Source: an uncultured Acidobacteriota bacterium
GTDB lineage: Bacteria; Acidobacteriota; UBA6911
NCBI GenBank assembly: GCA_963827655.1
Contig: CAWHCF010000029.1
Span: forward strand, 32,001 to 96,000
Reading direction: 5' to 3'
Length of the DNA: 64,000 bases
The notes beneath the pieces are model-generated. The model saw nothing but the letters and a program-made list of their open reading frames with translations, was not told the origin of the DNA and made no database searches. A program made the translations under genes and the position numbers. Each line of letters opens with the position of its first letter. Position 1 is the first letter of the stretch. Below, one piece after another: positions 29,017 to 39,504 of this stretch.

Positions 29017-30566
29017 CACAGCGGCGGTGTGCGGGCAACCCAGGGCCTGGCTTTTTCGAGCTGCGCGGCCAGTCGTAAGAGAGTCGCCTCGTCGCCAAAA
29101 CGCGCGGAAAACATAACCCCGACCGGCAGTCCGTCCGGCGTCCAGTGCAGCGGGACAGATGCCGAAGGCTGGCCGGTGACGTTATACAGCGCCGTGAACG
29201 GACTGAATTCCACGACCTCTTTCATGAAGACCTGCATGTTCTCCGGCGAGAGGCTCAAGACTCCCAGGTTCACCGGCGGCTTGGCCAGCGTGGGGTTCAG
29301 GATGACATCGTACTTCTCGTGGAATCTCGCCATCAGCAGGCCCACCTGATGAAGCGTACCGATGGCTCGGGAATAAGCCACGCTGCTGACCGCGCGCCCC
29401 ATCTTCGCCATTTCCCAGGTGACCGGCTCGACGTCTTTCTCGGTGACCGCGCGGCCCAGTGAGCTGGCCGCGTCTTCCAGCGTGCGAGCGAGTGAAACCG
29501 TGATGATGTTGAGGAAGGATTCGCGCATCGCGGCGAAATTGATCCCAGGTTCGTACGGTTCGACCCGATGACCCAGGCTCTCGCAAAGCTTCGCCGCCTC
29601 GGTCGCGGCGTTCCGGCATTCGGCGTCCACCGGAGTTCCGGTCGGAGCGGCAAGCGCCAGGGCGATGCGCAGCTTGCCCGGATCGGCCCCGACTTCTTTC
29701 AAGTAAGGCCGCGGCGGTGGAGGAGAAAAATAGGGTGAGCCTGCTTCAGCGCCGCCGGTGGCGTCGAGCAACGCGGCGCTATCCCGCACCGTCATCGTGA
29801 GAGCGTGATGCGCGGATAGCCCATTCCATCCTTCGAACTGGGTCGGGCCCATGGGCACTCGGCCGCGCGTAGGCTTGAGACCGAACACACCGCAGCAGGA
29901 GGCCGGGATCCGGATAGAGCCGCCGCCATCACTGCCGTGCGCCATCGGGATGATGCGGCCGGCCACGGCGGCCCCGGCGCCGCCCGAGGAGCCGCCTGGG
30001 GTGCGCTCGAGATTCCAGGGATTGCGCGTCTTGCCGTAGAGCACCGATTCCGTGGTCGTGGTGAGACCGACCTCGGGCGTCGTCGTCTTGCCGAAGATCA
30101 CCAGACCCGCATGCTTGTAGCGCGCTACCAGAGTGCTGTCAAAGTCGGGCGTGTAGTCCTTGAAGACACGGCTGCCGGCCGACGTCACGGTTCCGGCCAG
30201 GTGCTGTCCCAGGTCTTTGAGCGCGAAGGGCACGCCCCGGAACGGACCCTGCGGAAGACCTTGCTTTATCTGAAGCTCGGCCTTTTCGAAGAAGAGCTGG
30301 CAGAACGCGTTCACCTTCGGGTTGAGCCTCTCGACCCGGGCGCGGACGGCCTGGAGGAGTTCGAGCGGGCTGATCTGTTTTTTCGCGATCAGCTCCGCCA
30401 GGCCAAGCCCGTCGTGCCGATCGTATTCGGCGGCCAGCCCGGAGAAGGGAAGGGGCGCGCCGACGGCGCTTCTGACACCGCGTTCAAGGGACATCAAGGG
30501 CGCTAACGCGCCTGCAGCCGCGAGCCGCGCCAGCAGCTCGCGACGGCTGATCCGTTTGGAATCCAT
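29016..30566 (-). CDS. Amidase-signature family amidase with Tat signal
   Basis: SRRELL twin-arginine motif, GVPFALKDL, GKTTTPE, GGSSGG, GSDGGGSIRIPA. Start MDSKR at 30566. Confidence 0.92.
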   Translation of the reverse strand: MDSKRISRRELLARLAAAGALAPLMSLERGVRSAVGAPLPFSGLAAEYDRHDGLGLAELIAKKQISPLELLQAVRARVERLNPKVNAFCQLFFEKAELQIKQGLPQGPFRGVPFALKDLGQHLAGTVTSAGSRVFKDYTPDFDSTLVARYKHAGLVIFGKTTTPEVGLTTTTESVLYGKTRNPWNLERTPGGSSGGAGAAVAGRIIPMAHGSDGGGSIRIPASCCGVFGLKPTRGRVPMGPTQFEGWNGLSAHHALTMTVRDSAALLDATGGAEAGSPYFSPPPPRPYLKEVGADPGKLRIALALAAPTGTPVDAECRNAATEAAKLCESLGHRVEPYEPGINFAAMRESFLNIITVSLARTLEDAASSLGRAVTEKDVEPVTWEMAKMGRAVSSVAYSRAIGTLHQVGLLMARFHEKYDVILNPTLAKPPVNLGVLSLSPENMQVFMKEVVEFSPFTALYNVTGQPSASVPLHWTPDGLPVGVMFSARFGDEATLLRLAAQLEKARPWVARTPPL

Positions 30567-30792
30567 GGTTGAAGCTCCTCGCGCCATCCAGCGCCGCAAA
30601 CGGGAGGCGACGGCAGGAGGCGCTTGCACGATTTTCTCGAGGGGAACAGTTATAAGCGCTGATCCGAGGGATTTCCAAGGCCAATCTGCAGTGGGGGAAA
30701 GCGCCCTTCACATAAAGCTGAAAACTCGGCGGCGGCACTATTGTGCTGAAATCCGAGCGGCGCAGTGGTGAGGTTTGTTATACTGCGGGATT

Positions 30793-32079
30793 ATGCGACT
30801 ATCACGACTTCTCTTAGTGCGTCAGAATTTTCCGGATCGCGCCATACGCGACATTCCGGCCGAAGTACACGGGCAGCTTTCCCGATCGCCATTCGCCGCC
30901 GGGCTGAAGCCCGGATCCCGGGTTGCCATCGGAGTCGGGAGTCGGGGCATTGTCAATATCGCCGTGATCGCAAGGTCGGCCGTAGAGTACTGGAAGTCGG
31001 CGGGTATGCGGCCCTTCATCTTTCCGGCGATGGGCAGCCACGGCGCCGCCACTGCGGAAGGTCAGGCCGACGTGCTGGCGCATTACGGGATCGTCGAGGG
31101 CACGATGGGCTGTCCGATTGTCAGTTCGCTCGACGTCGTTCCGCTGGGGAAAACTCCGGAAGGCATCGACACCTTCATGGATCGCAGCGCTTTCGAAAGC
31201 GATGGCGTGATGCTCCTGGCCCGGGTGAAATGGCACACGGATTTTGCGGGCAAGATCGAAAGCGGCCTGCACAAGATGATGGCGATCGGCCTGGGGAAAT
31301 TCGCCGGGGCTCAACGCTACCACACCTTTGCCCACAGGCTCGGACTGGAGCCCGTGATTCGGAGCATCGGCCGGCAGGTGCTTCGCTCCGGAAAGATTCT
31401 CGGGGGACTGGCCATCCTCGAAGATGCCCATCACAATACGGCGAAACTTGCCGCCGTCCCGGTCGACGACATGGAACGGGGCGAAGAGGAACTGCTGGCG
31501 CTGGTCAAATCCTGGATGGGCCGCATCCCAACCGATCTCGACATCCTGATTCTGGACGAAATCGGCAAGAACATCAGCGGAGCGGGAATGGATACCAAGG
31601 TGGTCAACCGCAGCGTCTATGGCGCCTATAACCCCTGGCCCGACACGCCGCGCATCGAGCGCATCTTTGTGCGGGATCTGAGCGAGCTGACCTATAACAA
31701 TGCGACGGGCCTGGGAATGGCCGATGTGGTTACAGATCGCCTGGTCGATCGCGTCGACTGGAAGCCCACCCACATCAATGCGCTGACGGCTTCCACGCCG
31801 GCGGCAATCCGCACTCCGATCCATTTCCCGAGCGACCGTGAGTGCCTGGAACGTATCGCGCCGACAGTGGGGAAGGTGGATATGGGTGAGGTCACAATCG
31901 GCTGGATTCGCAATACCATGGAACTCAGCCTGCTGGCGCTCTCCGAAAACCTGCGGCCTCAGATCGAAAACAATCCGCAACTAGAAATCCTGGGCGATCC
32001 CCGGGAAATCGAATTCGACGCTTCCGGTAACCTGGTAACCATGCTGGCTCAGCTCGGAGAGATGGCTCACGTGAGCTAG
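30793..32079 (+). CDS. LarA/lactate-racemase-domain superfamily protein (DUF2088-like)
   Basis: VAIGVGSRGI, PAMGSHG, HTDF.G..ESGL.KM.AIGLGK, GKNISGAGMD. Substrate unknown. Confidence 0.75.
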   Translation: MRLSRLLLVRQNFPDRAIRDIPAEVHGQLSRSPFAAGLKPGSRVAIGVGSRGIVNIAVIARSAVEYWKSAGMRPFIFPAMGSHGAATAEGQADVLAHYGIVEGTMGCPIVSSLDVVPLGKTPEGIDTFMDRSAFESDGVMLLARVKWHTDFAGKIESGLHKMMAIGLGKFAGAQRYHTFAHRLGLEPVIRSIGRQVLRSGKILGGLAILEDAHHNTAKLAAVPVDDMERGEEELLALVKSWMGRIPTDLDILILDEIGKNISGAGMDTKVVNRSVYGAYNPWPDTPRIERIFVRDLSELTYNNATGLGMADVVTDRLVDRVDWKPTHINALTASTPAAIRTPIHFPSDRECLERIAPTVGKVDMGEVTIGWIRNTMELSLLALSENLRPQIENNPQLEILGDPREIEFDASGNLVTMLAQLGEMAHVS

Positions 32080-32082
32080 CCT

Positions 32083-33519
32083 TTAAAGTCGGCGCCGCAA
32101 GGCTGCACCGGCGCGTTTGAGGAGTTGCCGGCTTCGGTACCACATGCCGTCAAGCCCCGGCTTCTCGCGGAGCTCTCTATCAAGTTGGAGTGCCCACTCG
32201 GTGCGTTCTTCAAGCTCCCGGTTCCGTTGCGCAACCACCGCCCTCGTGTCTTCCACTTCTTTGTTAAGTTGCAGAGCCCACCGCGTGCGTTCATCAAATT
32301 CCTGCCCCAGCCGAACAACCTCCGCCCTCAAGGCTTGAATCTCCTGATCCTGACGCCGCGCGCATGCTTCCATGTCCGCGAGCCGGCAGCAGGCGATTTC
32401 CAGTTCACGTCGGGCGCTGTGCGGCCAACTGTGCCATTCGTACGCCCCCCGACCGCGCTCGTCCTCCGTTCGCGTTGTAGCCGTCTGAGCTTCGGTCGCT
32501 TTCTGATTCTCGCCGGTCTCGCCGGGCCACCTGACACAAAACGGCGGGCTGAAGGGTTCGAGGAAGCGCGTGGGCTCGTCGGCTTCCGTGCCCAGGATCG
32601 CGAGCATCTGGGTTGGCTTGATCGTTCCGCCAATAAGCAGTTCCTCGTCCCGCTGATGGACCTCGTCGATGAATGCACGGTCCCATGCCGCAGCCGCATC
32701 GAAGTTGTGGCCGAAACTTCGGTCAACGAACGGAGCGATGACATTTGCATAGGCGACGAATTGCTTGAAATGAAATGTTTCAATCAGCAGGGGAAGGATG
32801 TCCTGTGAGCGAATCCCTTCGAATCCCTCCTGCGAACAGTCCCAGTCCTCGAACGACTCCTCGTAACGCCGAAGCTGATGGTTGTACCGGTAGGATGGAG
32901 GCAGCTTCCGCCAGAACTCGTGAATGACCGGCAACGCTTCGGGCCAGCGCATGTGTCCGTTACGGCCAATCATGTCGGAGATGACGAAACAGCCGGTGCG
33001 CGTCAAGCTTTGCTTGATTCCAGCGAACAAGCCCTCAAGATTGACCACGTGATGCAACGCTTGAATTGCGATCACGCCGTCGTACTCGCGCGTAGGACTC
33101 CACTGGTTGAAATCCGCCGTAATAAAATCCAGTTGCTCGGAAACATCTTGCGAACCGGCGGCCAATCGCCCTCGAGCCAGCATGGCGTCATTGAGGTCGA
33201 GGCAGTCGATCACGAAGCGAGGTTGTCCCGCTGCCAGAAGCTTGGAGGCGATCTCGATTTCAAGGTCGCAGTTCCCCGATCCGATGCTGAGAAAACGGAC
33301 GCGCCGTCCGGTGTTGCGCTCGCATTGGCTTCGAAGAGGCTGGTAGAAAAAATCCGTCGAGCCCTCAAGTCCGACGGCCTTCAGTTTCGGCCGGACATAC
33401 TTGTGGGACCAGTAATGAAAAATATCAGGCAGATTGTGAACTCTCTCGCAAGCCCTGTAGAACCGCTGTTCTTCCTCGAGACGGGTCGAGTAATCGCATT
33501 GAGGCTCCGCAGGTTTCAA
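32083..33519 (-). CDS. Class I SAM methyltransferase with C-terminal coiled coil
   Basis: LSIGSGNCD, DLN, ALHHV, DMIGRNG. The coiled coil carries a repeated ERT.WALQL. Confidence 0.8.
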   Translation of the reverse strand: MKPAEPQCDYSTRLEEEQRFYRACERVHNLPDIFHYWSHKYVRPKLKAVGLEGSTDFFYQPLRSQCERNTGRRVRFLSIGSGNCDLEIEIASKLLAAGQPRFVIDCLDLNDAMLARGRLAAGSQDVSEQLDFITADFNQWSPTREYDGVIAIQALHHVVNLEGLFAGIKQSLTRTGCFVISDMIGRNGHMRWPEALPVIHEFWRKLPPSYRYNHQLRRYEESFEDWDCSQEGFEGIRSQDILPLLIETFHFKQFVAYANVIAPFVDRSFGHNFDAAAAWDRAFIDEVHQRDEELLIGGTIKPTQMLAILGTEADEPTRFLEPFSPPFCVRWPGETGENQKATEAQTATTRTEDERGRGAYEWHSWPHSARRELEIACCRLADMEACARRQDQEIQALRAEVVRLGQEFDERTRWALQLNKEVEDTRAVVAQRNRELEERTEWALQLDRELREKPGLDGMWYRSRQLLKRAGAALRRRL

Positions 33520-33940
33520 TCTTCACGCCTCCTGACGATGAATCCGGACATTGGGCCCGGGCGGTTCCTGGCCGAGGGCTCGGTCGACATCGTACCGTGA
33601 ACTCCGGCTGCTGAACAACCGGAAAGCCTGGATACTGTTGGGCCGTGGACCCGCCGGGACCAGAGCGCCTTGGAAGCAAGCTGCGCCAATTCAAGGAAAG
33701 CCTTGGAGACGCCAAATTCCTGGTGCTTCAATCGGTGAGGCCGGATAGTAATGACGCAGTTGCGCACTGAGGATCCGCGTTTTACCATGCTATGCTCGGA
33801 GTCTTGCCCATGATAGCCAGAGAAGGGCTCCTGGTGTTTCTTCGTGTCTTCATGTTAGAGCTGTGTAACAAATACCACCAAGACTCAAAGACACGAAGCA
33901 ACACCAGGAGTGATGCAGAGAGGTGCAAGGAAACCGATCT

Positions 33941-34471
33941 ATGGTTAGACGCCGCGGCGCTTGTTTGCTGCTTTCGCTGATTCTAATCCAATGTTCGCCG
34001 GCCGACATAGTGCGTCCGGAGAGGTCGGACACGCGACTGCTTTTGGCAAACTTCCGGGTGGTGGGACATCCAGAGTTCCCGCCCAGATCTCTTCCCGTCA
34101 CCCGGCGAGGCAAGCGACGCGACGCGATCGTCCTCATCGCTCCGTCGACGGTGAAGCTAACGCTCGGCGGGATCTCCGGCCCTATCAGCCTTAAGGGTTG
34201 GGCCACTCCGGTTTTCAATGTCGGAGACGGAATCCAAATGGAAATGAAGCTGACGGATTCGCAGCAGCAACGAACGGTGTACAGTCGGCGCTTTGATGCG
34301 GCTCGAAACGGGGCGGACCGCGACTGGATACCGCTGGATATCGGTTTCAATCTTGACGAGAGCGGCAAGTGGGACTTGGAAATGATTGTCTCGGCAGGCC
34401 CCCAAGGAGACCTCGTCGGCGATTGGGTTGCCTTAGCCGAGTTACACTTGTCGAGGAACTCGAGCCAATGA
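33941..34471 (+). CDS. Hypothetical exported/lipoprotein, beta-rich
   Basis: MVRRRGACLLLSLILIQC signal. Its stop overlaps (ATGA) the next start. Confidence 0.6.
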   Translation: MVRRRGACLLLSLILIQCSPADIVRPERSDTRLLLANFRVVGHPEFPPRSLPVTRRGKRRDAIVLIAPSTVKLTLGGISGPISLKGWATPVFNVGDGIQMEMKLTDSQQQRTVYSRRFDAARNGADRDWIPLDIGFNLDESGKWDLEMIVSAGPQGDLVGDWVALAELHLSRNSSQ

Positions 34472-35607
34472 AGCCTCCGGACTTCACGGGCGAGCGTTAT
34501 ATTCCGGGCCAGGGTGGCGCTCAGCTGGCTTACGAGCACCTCCATCGATACCTGTTCGCTTTGAGATGGGCGAAGGGGAAAAAGGTGCTCGATGTTGCGA
34601 GCGGTTCCGGGTACGGCGCCGCTCTCCTTTCGCAAGCGGCGAGCCAGGTTTGGGCACTCGAACTCGACCGACCAAGCGTGCTCTACGCGCGGCACACCTG
34701 GGAGCGATCGAACCTGATCTTCGTTCAGGGAGACGCAACCTCACTGCCGTTCGAATCTGCTTCCTTCGACCTGGTCGTGGCGTTCGAAATTCTGGAGCAT
34801 GTTCAAGACAGCAGGGAATTGGTCCGGGAGATCGCGCGAGTTGTTCACCCCGGCGGCGTTGCCCTGATCTCCACCCCCGACAAGGCCAGATATTCGGACG
34901 CAAGAAATTATTCCAATCCATTTCATGTGCGCGAGCTGTACAGGGAGGAATTTATCGCGCTACTGGGGGAGTATTTTCCAGCTTTTGAGTTGATGAGCCA
35001 GCAGGTACGTGCCGGGTCGCTGATCGTAGCGGAGAATCCGGCCGCGGCTGACGAGGAAGTGATCGCAGGCCACTTTCCGGGCGAAACACGGACCGCAGTA
35101 GATCCGATGTACTTCCTGGCGCTTTGCCGTCTCGAACAGGCGCCTCATGAAGTTCCCGCGCTGTCATCTTATGTCGACCTGTCGGATTACTTGTTCGAAG
35201 AATGGCGCGACCGGGAACAAGCTTTGCTGCGAGAGATTTCCACCCTGGACAGTGAACTCGAACAGCGGGGAGTCTGGGGCACGCAGCTGGCAGACACCAT
35301 ACGAGATCGAGACCAAACTCTAGGTCGCGTCCTGACGGAGATTGGTGAGCGTGATCAGACCATTCGGGAGCTGCAGGACGAAATAAGGAGAGAAGTTTCT
35401 AAAAGGGACCAGGCCCTGACCGAACTCCGCCGGGACTTCGATGAGCGGACTCGGTGGGTCAAGGAGGTCGAGACCGAACTTCACGATCGGGACAGAAAGC
35501 TGGCGGAAACCATGCAGGAGCTGAACACGGTAGCGGCGCGTTTAGCCCTGATCCGACATTCGACCCTCTATCGGGCACTCTGCCGTTTGGGCCTCTTGCC
35601 CAAGTGA
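34468..35607 (+). CDS. Class I SAM methyltransferase with C-terminal coiled coil (surface-glycan associated type)
   Basis: FTGERYIP...EHLHRY, VLDVASGSGYG, FEILEH, ISTP, NPFHVREL, then a long coiled coil and an amphipathic tail. Confidence 0.85.
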   Translation: MKPPDFTGERYIPGQGGAQLAYEHLHRYLFALRWAKGKKVLDVASGSGYGAALLSQAASQVWALELDRPSVLYARHTWERSNLIFVQGDATSLPFESASFDLVVAFEILEHVQDSRELVREIARVVHPGGVALISTPDKARYSDARNYSNPFHVRELYREEFIALLGEYFPAFELMSQQVRAGSLIVAENPAAADEEVIAGHFPGETRTAVDPMYFLALCRLEQAPHEVPALSSYVDLSDYLFEEWRDREQALLREISTLDSELEQRGVWGTQLADTIRDRDQTLGRVLTEIGERDQTIRELQDEIRREVSKRDQALTELRRDFDERTRWVKEVETELHDRDRKLAETMQELNTVAARLALIRHSTLYRALCRLGLLPK

Positions 35608-36146
35608 TCGACTCGGCCGTTCCCTGGATGGACCGGTCCCTTGCAGTCGTGGAAGCTGCTCCAAGCCCCCCTCGATTTCTTTGGCGCCGAGGCCGGTTAT
35701 GGTAGTATGGCGCCATTCCATATAACTCTCTGCCCCTCCCCCGGGTGAATGTTGAGGAGAGTCGTTGATGTAAGCACGATACTGGTCTGATTCTGCGTAG
35801 TTGATCGCCTTGTTGCAACGATTGGCTCTGCTCGCGTCGACTCCACTCAAAGAGAATATCGAAGCAACCGCAACCTAGCATAATCACGGGACCCATTGTG
35901 TAAGACCGAACTGGAAGGTTTTAGTGCGCTGTTTTGTGTCTTGGCGCCTTCGTGGTCGATTTGGTCCGGCAACACCAAGAGCCACGGCGCGAAGACAGGA
36001 AGAAACGCCAAGTAAGCGAAGTACGTCCCTGGTAGCTCTCGGCGAAAATCCGTAAGGGTGTGCGTTTCGGCTCGGTTCGACCGAGCCGAGCTAATGAAAA
36101 ACTATGCCGAATTGACGGCGCTCAATACGACCATGGAGGAAAGGTC

Positions 36147-39100
36147 ATGAAGTCGAACCTTAGGAGTTTGGTACTGGTGATAACGTTATGCGGCGTATTC
36201 CATTCTCTGGTGTTGGGACAGACGGCGACGGGCGGCATTCGCGGAGTTATCAGGGACGATTCTGATGGCCTGATCCGGGGCGCGACAATTACGGTAACCA
36301 ACAAGGGAACGGGTGTAGCGCGCCAGTCGATCTCGGATGAAACAGGAAACTACCAGGTGAGAAATCTCCTGCCGGGTGAGTACGAGATCAAGGTTGAACT
36401 TGCAGGCTTGCAATCGCAAGCACAGTCCGTAACCGTGTTGACGGGCGCGAATGCCAACGCCGATTTCAAGATGACGGTGGGATCGGCCTCGGAAGTGATT
36501 CAGGTCGAGAGCAAAACCGCCCAGGTGAACCTGACCGAATACAAGATCGACGGTGTGGTTACTCGCGAGCAGATTGAAGGCCTGCCTCTGAACGGACGCA
36601 GTTTCCTGTTGCTGGCGATGCTCGAACCCGGCGTTGACGTTAACGCCGTATCAAATCCCGGTACCAGTCCCAATAACTTCTTCCGCGTATCGATTGGAGG
36701 GGCGAACCAGGCGCTTACCAGGGTTTCTGTTGATGGAGCGACCGTAAACGATCGGATCACTGGCGGCACAGCACAGAACTTCTCACAGGAGTCGGTGCAA
36801 GAGTTTCAAATAACTACCTTCAATTTTGACCTGGCGACGAATCTTACCGGCGTAGGCTCGGTGAATGTCGTTTCGCGGACCGGCACCAATGATATTCACG
36901 GAAGCGGCTTCTTCTTTTTCCGCGACCACAATTTGTCCGCATACCCCGGACTTAAACGAGAACCTGAGAATCCCGACCCCTTCTTCGCCAGGCGCCAGGG
37001 CGGTTTCTACCTGGGTGGGCCGTTGAAGAAAGACAAACTCTTCTGGTTTACCAACTTTGAAAACAACAATCAGACCAGCGTCCAGACGATCGCTCACGGA
37101 GATCCGGTTTTCCGCTCATACGATCATATCGGGCAGGCTCCGTTCCGGGGCAAGCAGTTCAATGCGCGTGTCGACTATGTCCTGGGCATCAAGCATTTCA
37201 TGTTTGTACGCTACAGCCAGGACAACAGCCGGTTTCTGTCTCCAAATACCAACCTGGAATCTAACTGGATTTCCACACGCAATTGGGCCAATCAGGCGCT
37301 ACTAAGCCTGACCAGCGTGCTGAGTTCGAGCCTCGTGAACGACTTTCGCTTCTCCTATCAATTCTATAGCGCGCATTTATCCCCTCCCTCGCCATCGGAC
37401 TGTACTCATCCCCTGGGCTGCATCGGTCTGGGCGGTCCTCAGATGGTGGTTTCCGAAGGCGGCCCTACCCTCGGTAACCACCAGCAAGTTCCTCAGAAGC
37501 GACTGCTGCGCACCTATCAATTGACCGAGAACGTGAGCTGGCAGAAGGGCAATCACAGGATCAAGTACGGCGGTGAATGGGAGCATTTCTTTGGCACGGG
37601 CGACTGGGGGCTTCTAACCTCGGGTCAATACAATCTCTTTGGACCGTCCGCAGTCGCGATTCTGAATCCGGCTTTGTATCCAACGCTGCCCGCTTCTCTG
37701 AGAAGCACGACGGCCGGCGCGCCGACGCTGGCAGATATTACCCGGCTGCCGCTCGCAGTCCTGACTTTCGGGGTAGGAGACATCGGCCAGCCGCCCAAAT
37801 ACAACATCGATAAGGCCAGCCGAAACGACCGGTACCGTGCCTATTTTCAGGACGCGTGGCGGATTCATCCCAGATTTGTCTTCAACTACGGCGTCGCCTA
37901 CTCCTACGAGGACAACCTGGGGAACCACGACCTGGATAAACCCGAATACTTGCGCCCCGTGCTGGGTGGCGCCGCAGCCGACCTTCGGCCGACCCGCCGG
38001 GATCCTAACAACGTGAACCCCGTTATCGGATTTGCGTGGGGCGTGGACCGGTCGGGCAAGACCGTCATCCGAGGTGGTTCGGGAATTTACCATGATTCCA
38101 ATCTCTTCTTTGCCCGTCTGGGAGAGCGTTTATCCATTGGCCCGCGCGGAAACGGGCTGGCCCTGGTGAACGGGCAGGTCATCCCGAATCCGTTTCCAGG
38201 CACCGGATCCCCCGTCCTGGACTTCAGGTTCGTTCCGACATATGTGAACCAGCAGTTGGTGAGTCCCCTCTTTCCCACGATCCAGAACGGCGTTTTGCAG
38301 AGTTGGGGTGACGGAACCGACCTCTCGATCCGGGGTATCGAGGTGCTGAAACAGGTACAGGTCCTTCCGATCTTCCAGCAAGACAGCACCGTTCCCTATA
38401 CGGCTCATGTCACAGGTGGTATACAGCGGGAAATCGCCCGGGATACCGTGCTCCAGGCAGACTTTGTTATGCGCCGCGCTGTCCATTTCGGAGGGTATCA
38501 TGACCTGTTCCCGGTCGATGAGAATCGCTGGGACCGCAGGCGGGTCTTGTCCGTGAACCCTGATGGGTCTGTTAATTCGGTGCGCGATCCCTTGATTCCC
38601 GTCTGCCAGGGATCCCAAGGCCAGGATCCAAGGGCTCAGTGCTCGCAGGGTCAGATTACCGTTTACAGGTCGGCAGCCAACTACCGGTACACGGCTCTGC
38701 TGGCCAAGCTGGACAAGCGGTTCTCCAGCCGCTACCAGTTCACGGTATCGTACGCTTACTCGCGGTACACGGGGTTCAACGGGGTGATCAACAATGATAA
38801 TCTCAACGAAAGCTATGGTATTCAGGGGAGTGACCGGCCGCATCGCTTCACCTTCAGTGGAATCTGGAACATCCCTGGGTACGGGGGAGGTAATGCGATT
38901 GCCCGGGGACTTGCGAATGGATGGCAACTGTCTGCGATTCATCAGATGGTGAGCGCTCCGCCGCTCAATCCGCAGCTCAGTCTCGATATCGATGGAGACG
39001 GGATTTCCACGCTCGTGCTCCCAGGCATGGAGTTCAACGGCTTCGGGCGCAGTTCCGACGCCGATGATATCCGGCAACTGGTGGATCAGTTCAACAAAAC

Positions 39101-39419
39101 CATGCCGACCTCGGTAACGGGGATGCGTACGCCGCAGAATCAGGTGGTTCCAACAATCACGCTGCCGGCGGCATTCTCCAACGGGGATACATTTTTTTCC
39201 ACCGATGTCAGGCTGACTCGGGTATTCTCAATTAAAGAGCGAGTCAAGCTACAGTTCATGGCGGAGGCATTTAACCTGTTCAATATTGCCAATCTCAGCG
39301 GCTACGGAAATGGATTGGTTCAGACCGCCGCATTCGGGCAGCCTACGGTCCGCGGGGCTCAGATATTCGGTAGCGGAGGGCCGCGCGCCTTCCAGTTTGG
39401 CGCGCGATTGAGCTTCTGA
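36147..39419 (+). CDS. TonB-dependent receptor, Oar-like, with N-terminal carboxypeptidase-regulatory-like domain
   Basis: Signal peptide, LPLNGRSF, VDG, QEFQ, GTNDIHGSGFFFFRD, FQDAWR, C-terminal PRAFQFGARLSF. GGAGG SD. Confidence 0.92.
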   Translation: MKSNLRSLVLVITLCGVFHSLVLGQTATGGIRGVIRDDSDGLIRGATITVTNKGTGVARQSISDETGNYQVRNLLPGEYEIKVELAGLQSQAQSVTVLTGANANADFKMTVGSASEVIQVESKTAQVNLTEYKIDGVVTREQIEGLPLNGRSFLLLAMLEPGVDVNAVSNPGTSPNNFFRVSIGGANQALTRVSVDGATVNDRITGGTAQNFSQESVQEFQITTFNFDLATNLTGVGSVNVVSRTGTNDIHGSGFFFFRDHNLSAYPGLKREPENPDPFFARRQGGFYLGGPLKKDKLFWFTNFENNNQTSVQTIAHGDPVFRSYDHIGQAPFRGKQFNARVDYVLGIKHFMFVRYSQDNSRFLSPNTNLESNWISTRNWANQALLSLTSVLSSSLVNDFRFSYQFYSAHLSPPSPSDCTHPLGCIGLGGPQMVVSEGGPTLGNHQQVPQKRLLRTYQLTENVSWQKGNHRIKYGGEWEHFFGTGDWGLLTSGQYNLFGPSAVAILNPALYPTLPASLRSTTAGAPTLADITRLPLAVLTFGVGDIGQPPKYNIDKASRNDRYRAYFQDAWRIHPRFVFNYGVAYSYEDNLGNHDLDKPEYLRPVLGGAAADLRPTRRDPNNVNPVIGFAWGVDRSGKTVIRGGSGIYHDSNLFFARLGERLSIGPRGNGLALVNGQVIPNPFPGTGSPVLDFRFVPTYVNQQLVSPLFPTIQNGVLQSWGDGTDLSIRGIEVLKQVQVLPIFQQDSTVPYTAHVTGGIQREIARDTVLQADFVMRRAVHFGGYHDLFPVDENRWDRRRVLSVNPDGSVNSVRDPLIPVCQGSQGQDPRAQCSQGQITVYRSAANYRYTALLAKLDKRFSSRYQFTVSYAYSRYTGFNGVINNDNLNESYGIQGSDRPHRFTFSGIWNIPGYGGGNAIARGLANGWQLSAIHQMVSAPPLNPQLSLDIDGDGISTLVLPGMEFNGFGRSSDADDIRQLVDQFNKTMPTSVTGMRTPQNQVVPTITLPAAFSNGDTFFSTDVRLTRVFSIKERVKLQFMAEAFNLFNIANLSGYGNGLVQTAAFGQPTVRGAQIFGSGGPRAFQFGARLSF

Positions 39420-39429
39420 GCACTTTTAA

Positions 39430-39462
39430 TCCGGGCGGTTGATTCATGATCAACCGCCCGGA
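39430..39462. other. Perfect 14-bp hairpin after the receptor gene (possible mRNA stabiliser or terminator without U-tract)
   Basis: TCCGGGCGGTTGAT-TCATG-ATCAACCGCCCGGA. Confidence 0.6.
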
Positions 39463-39504
39463 GGCGGCGCCTTGATTACTTGCAAGGTGCAATGAGAGGA
39501 AATC

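Noticed and set aside
33516-33788. 90-aa ORF upstream of the methyltransferase, and ORFs in 35459-35896
   Set aside because: No motifs, atypical composition or overlap with real genes; treated as intergenic. No ncRNA was recognisable by eye, and an Rfam scan would be needed.
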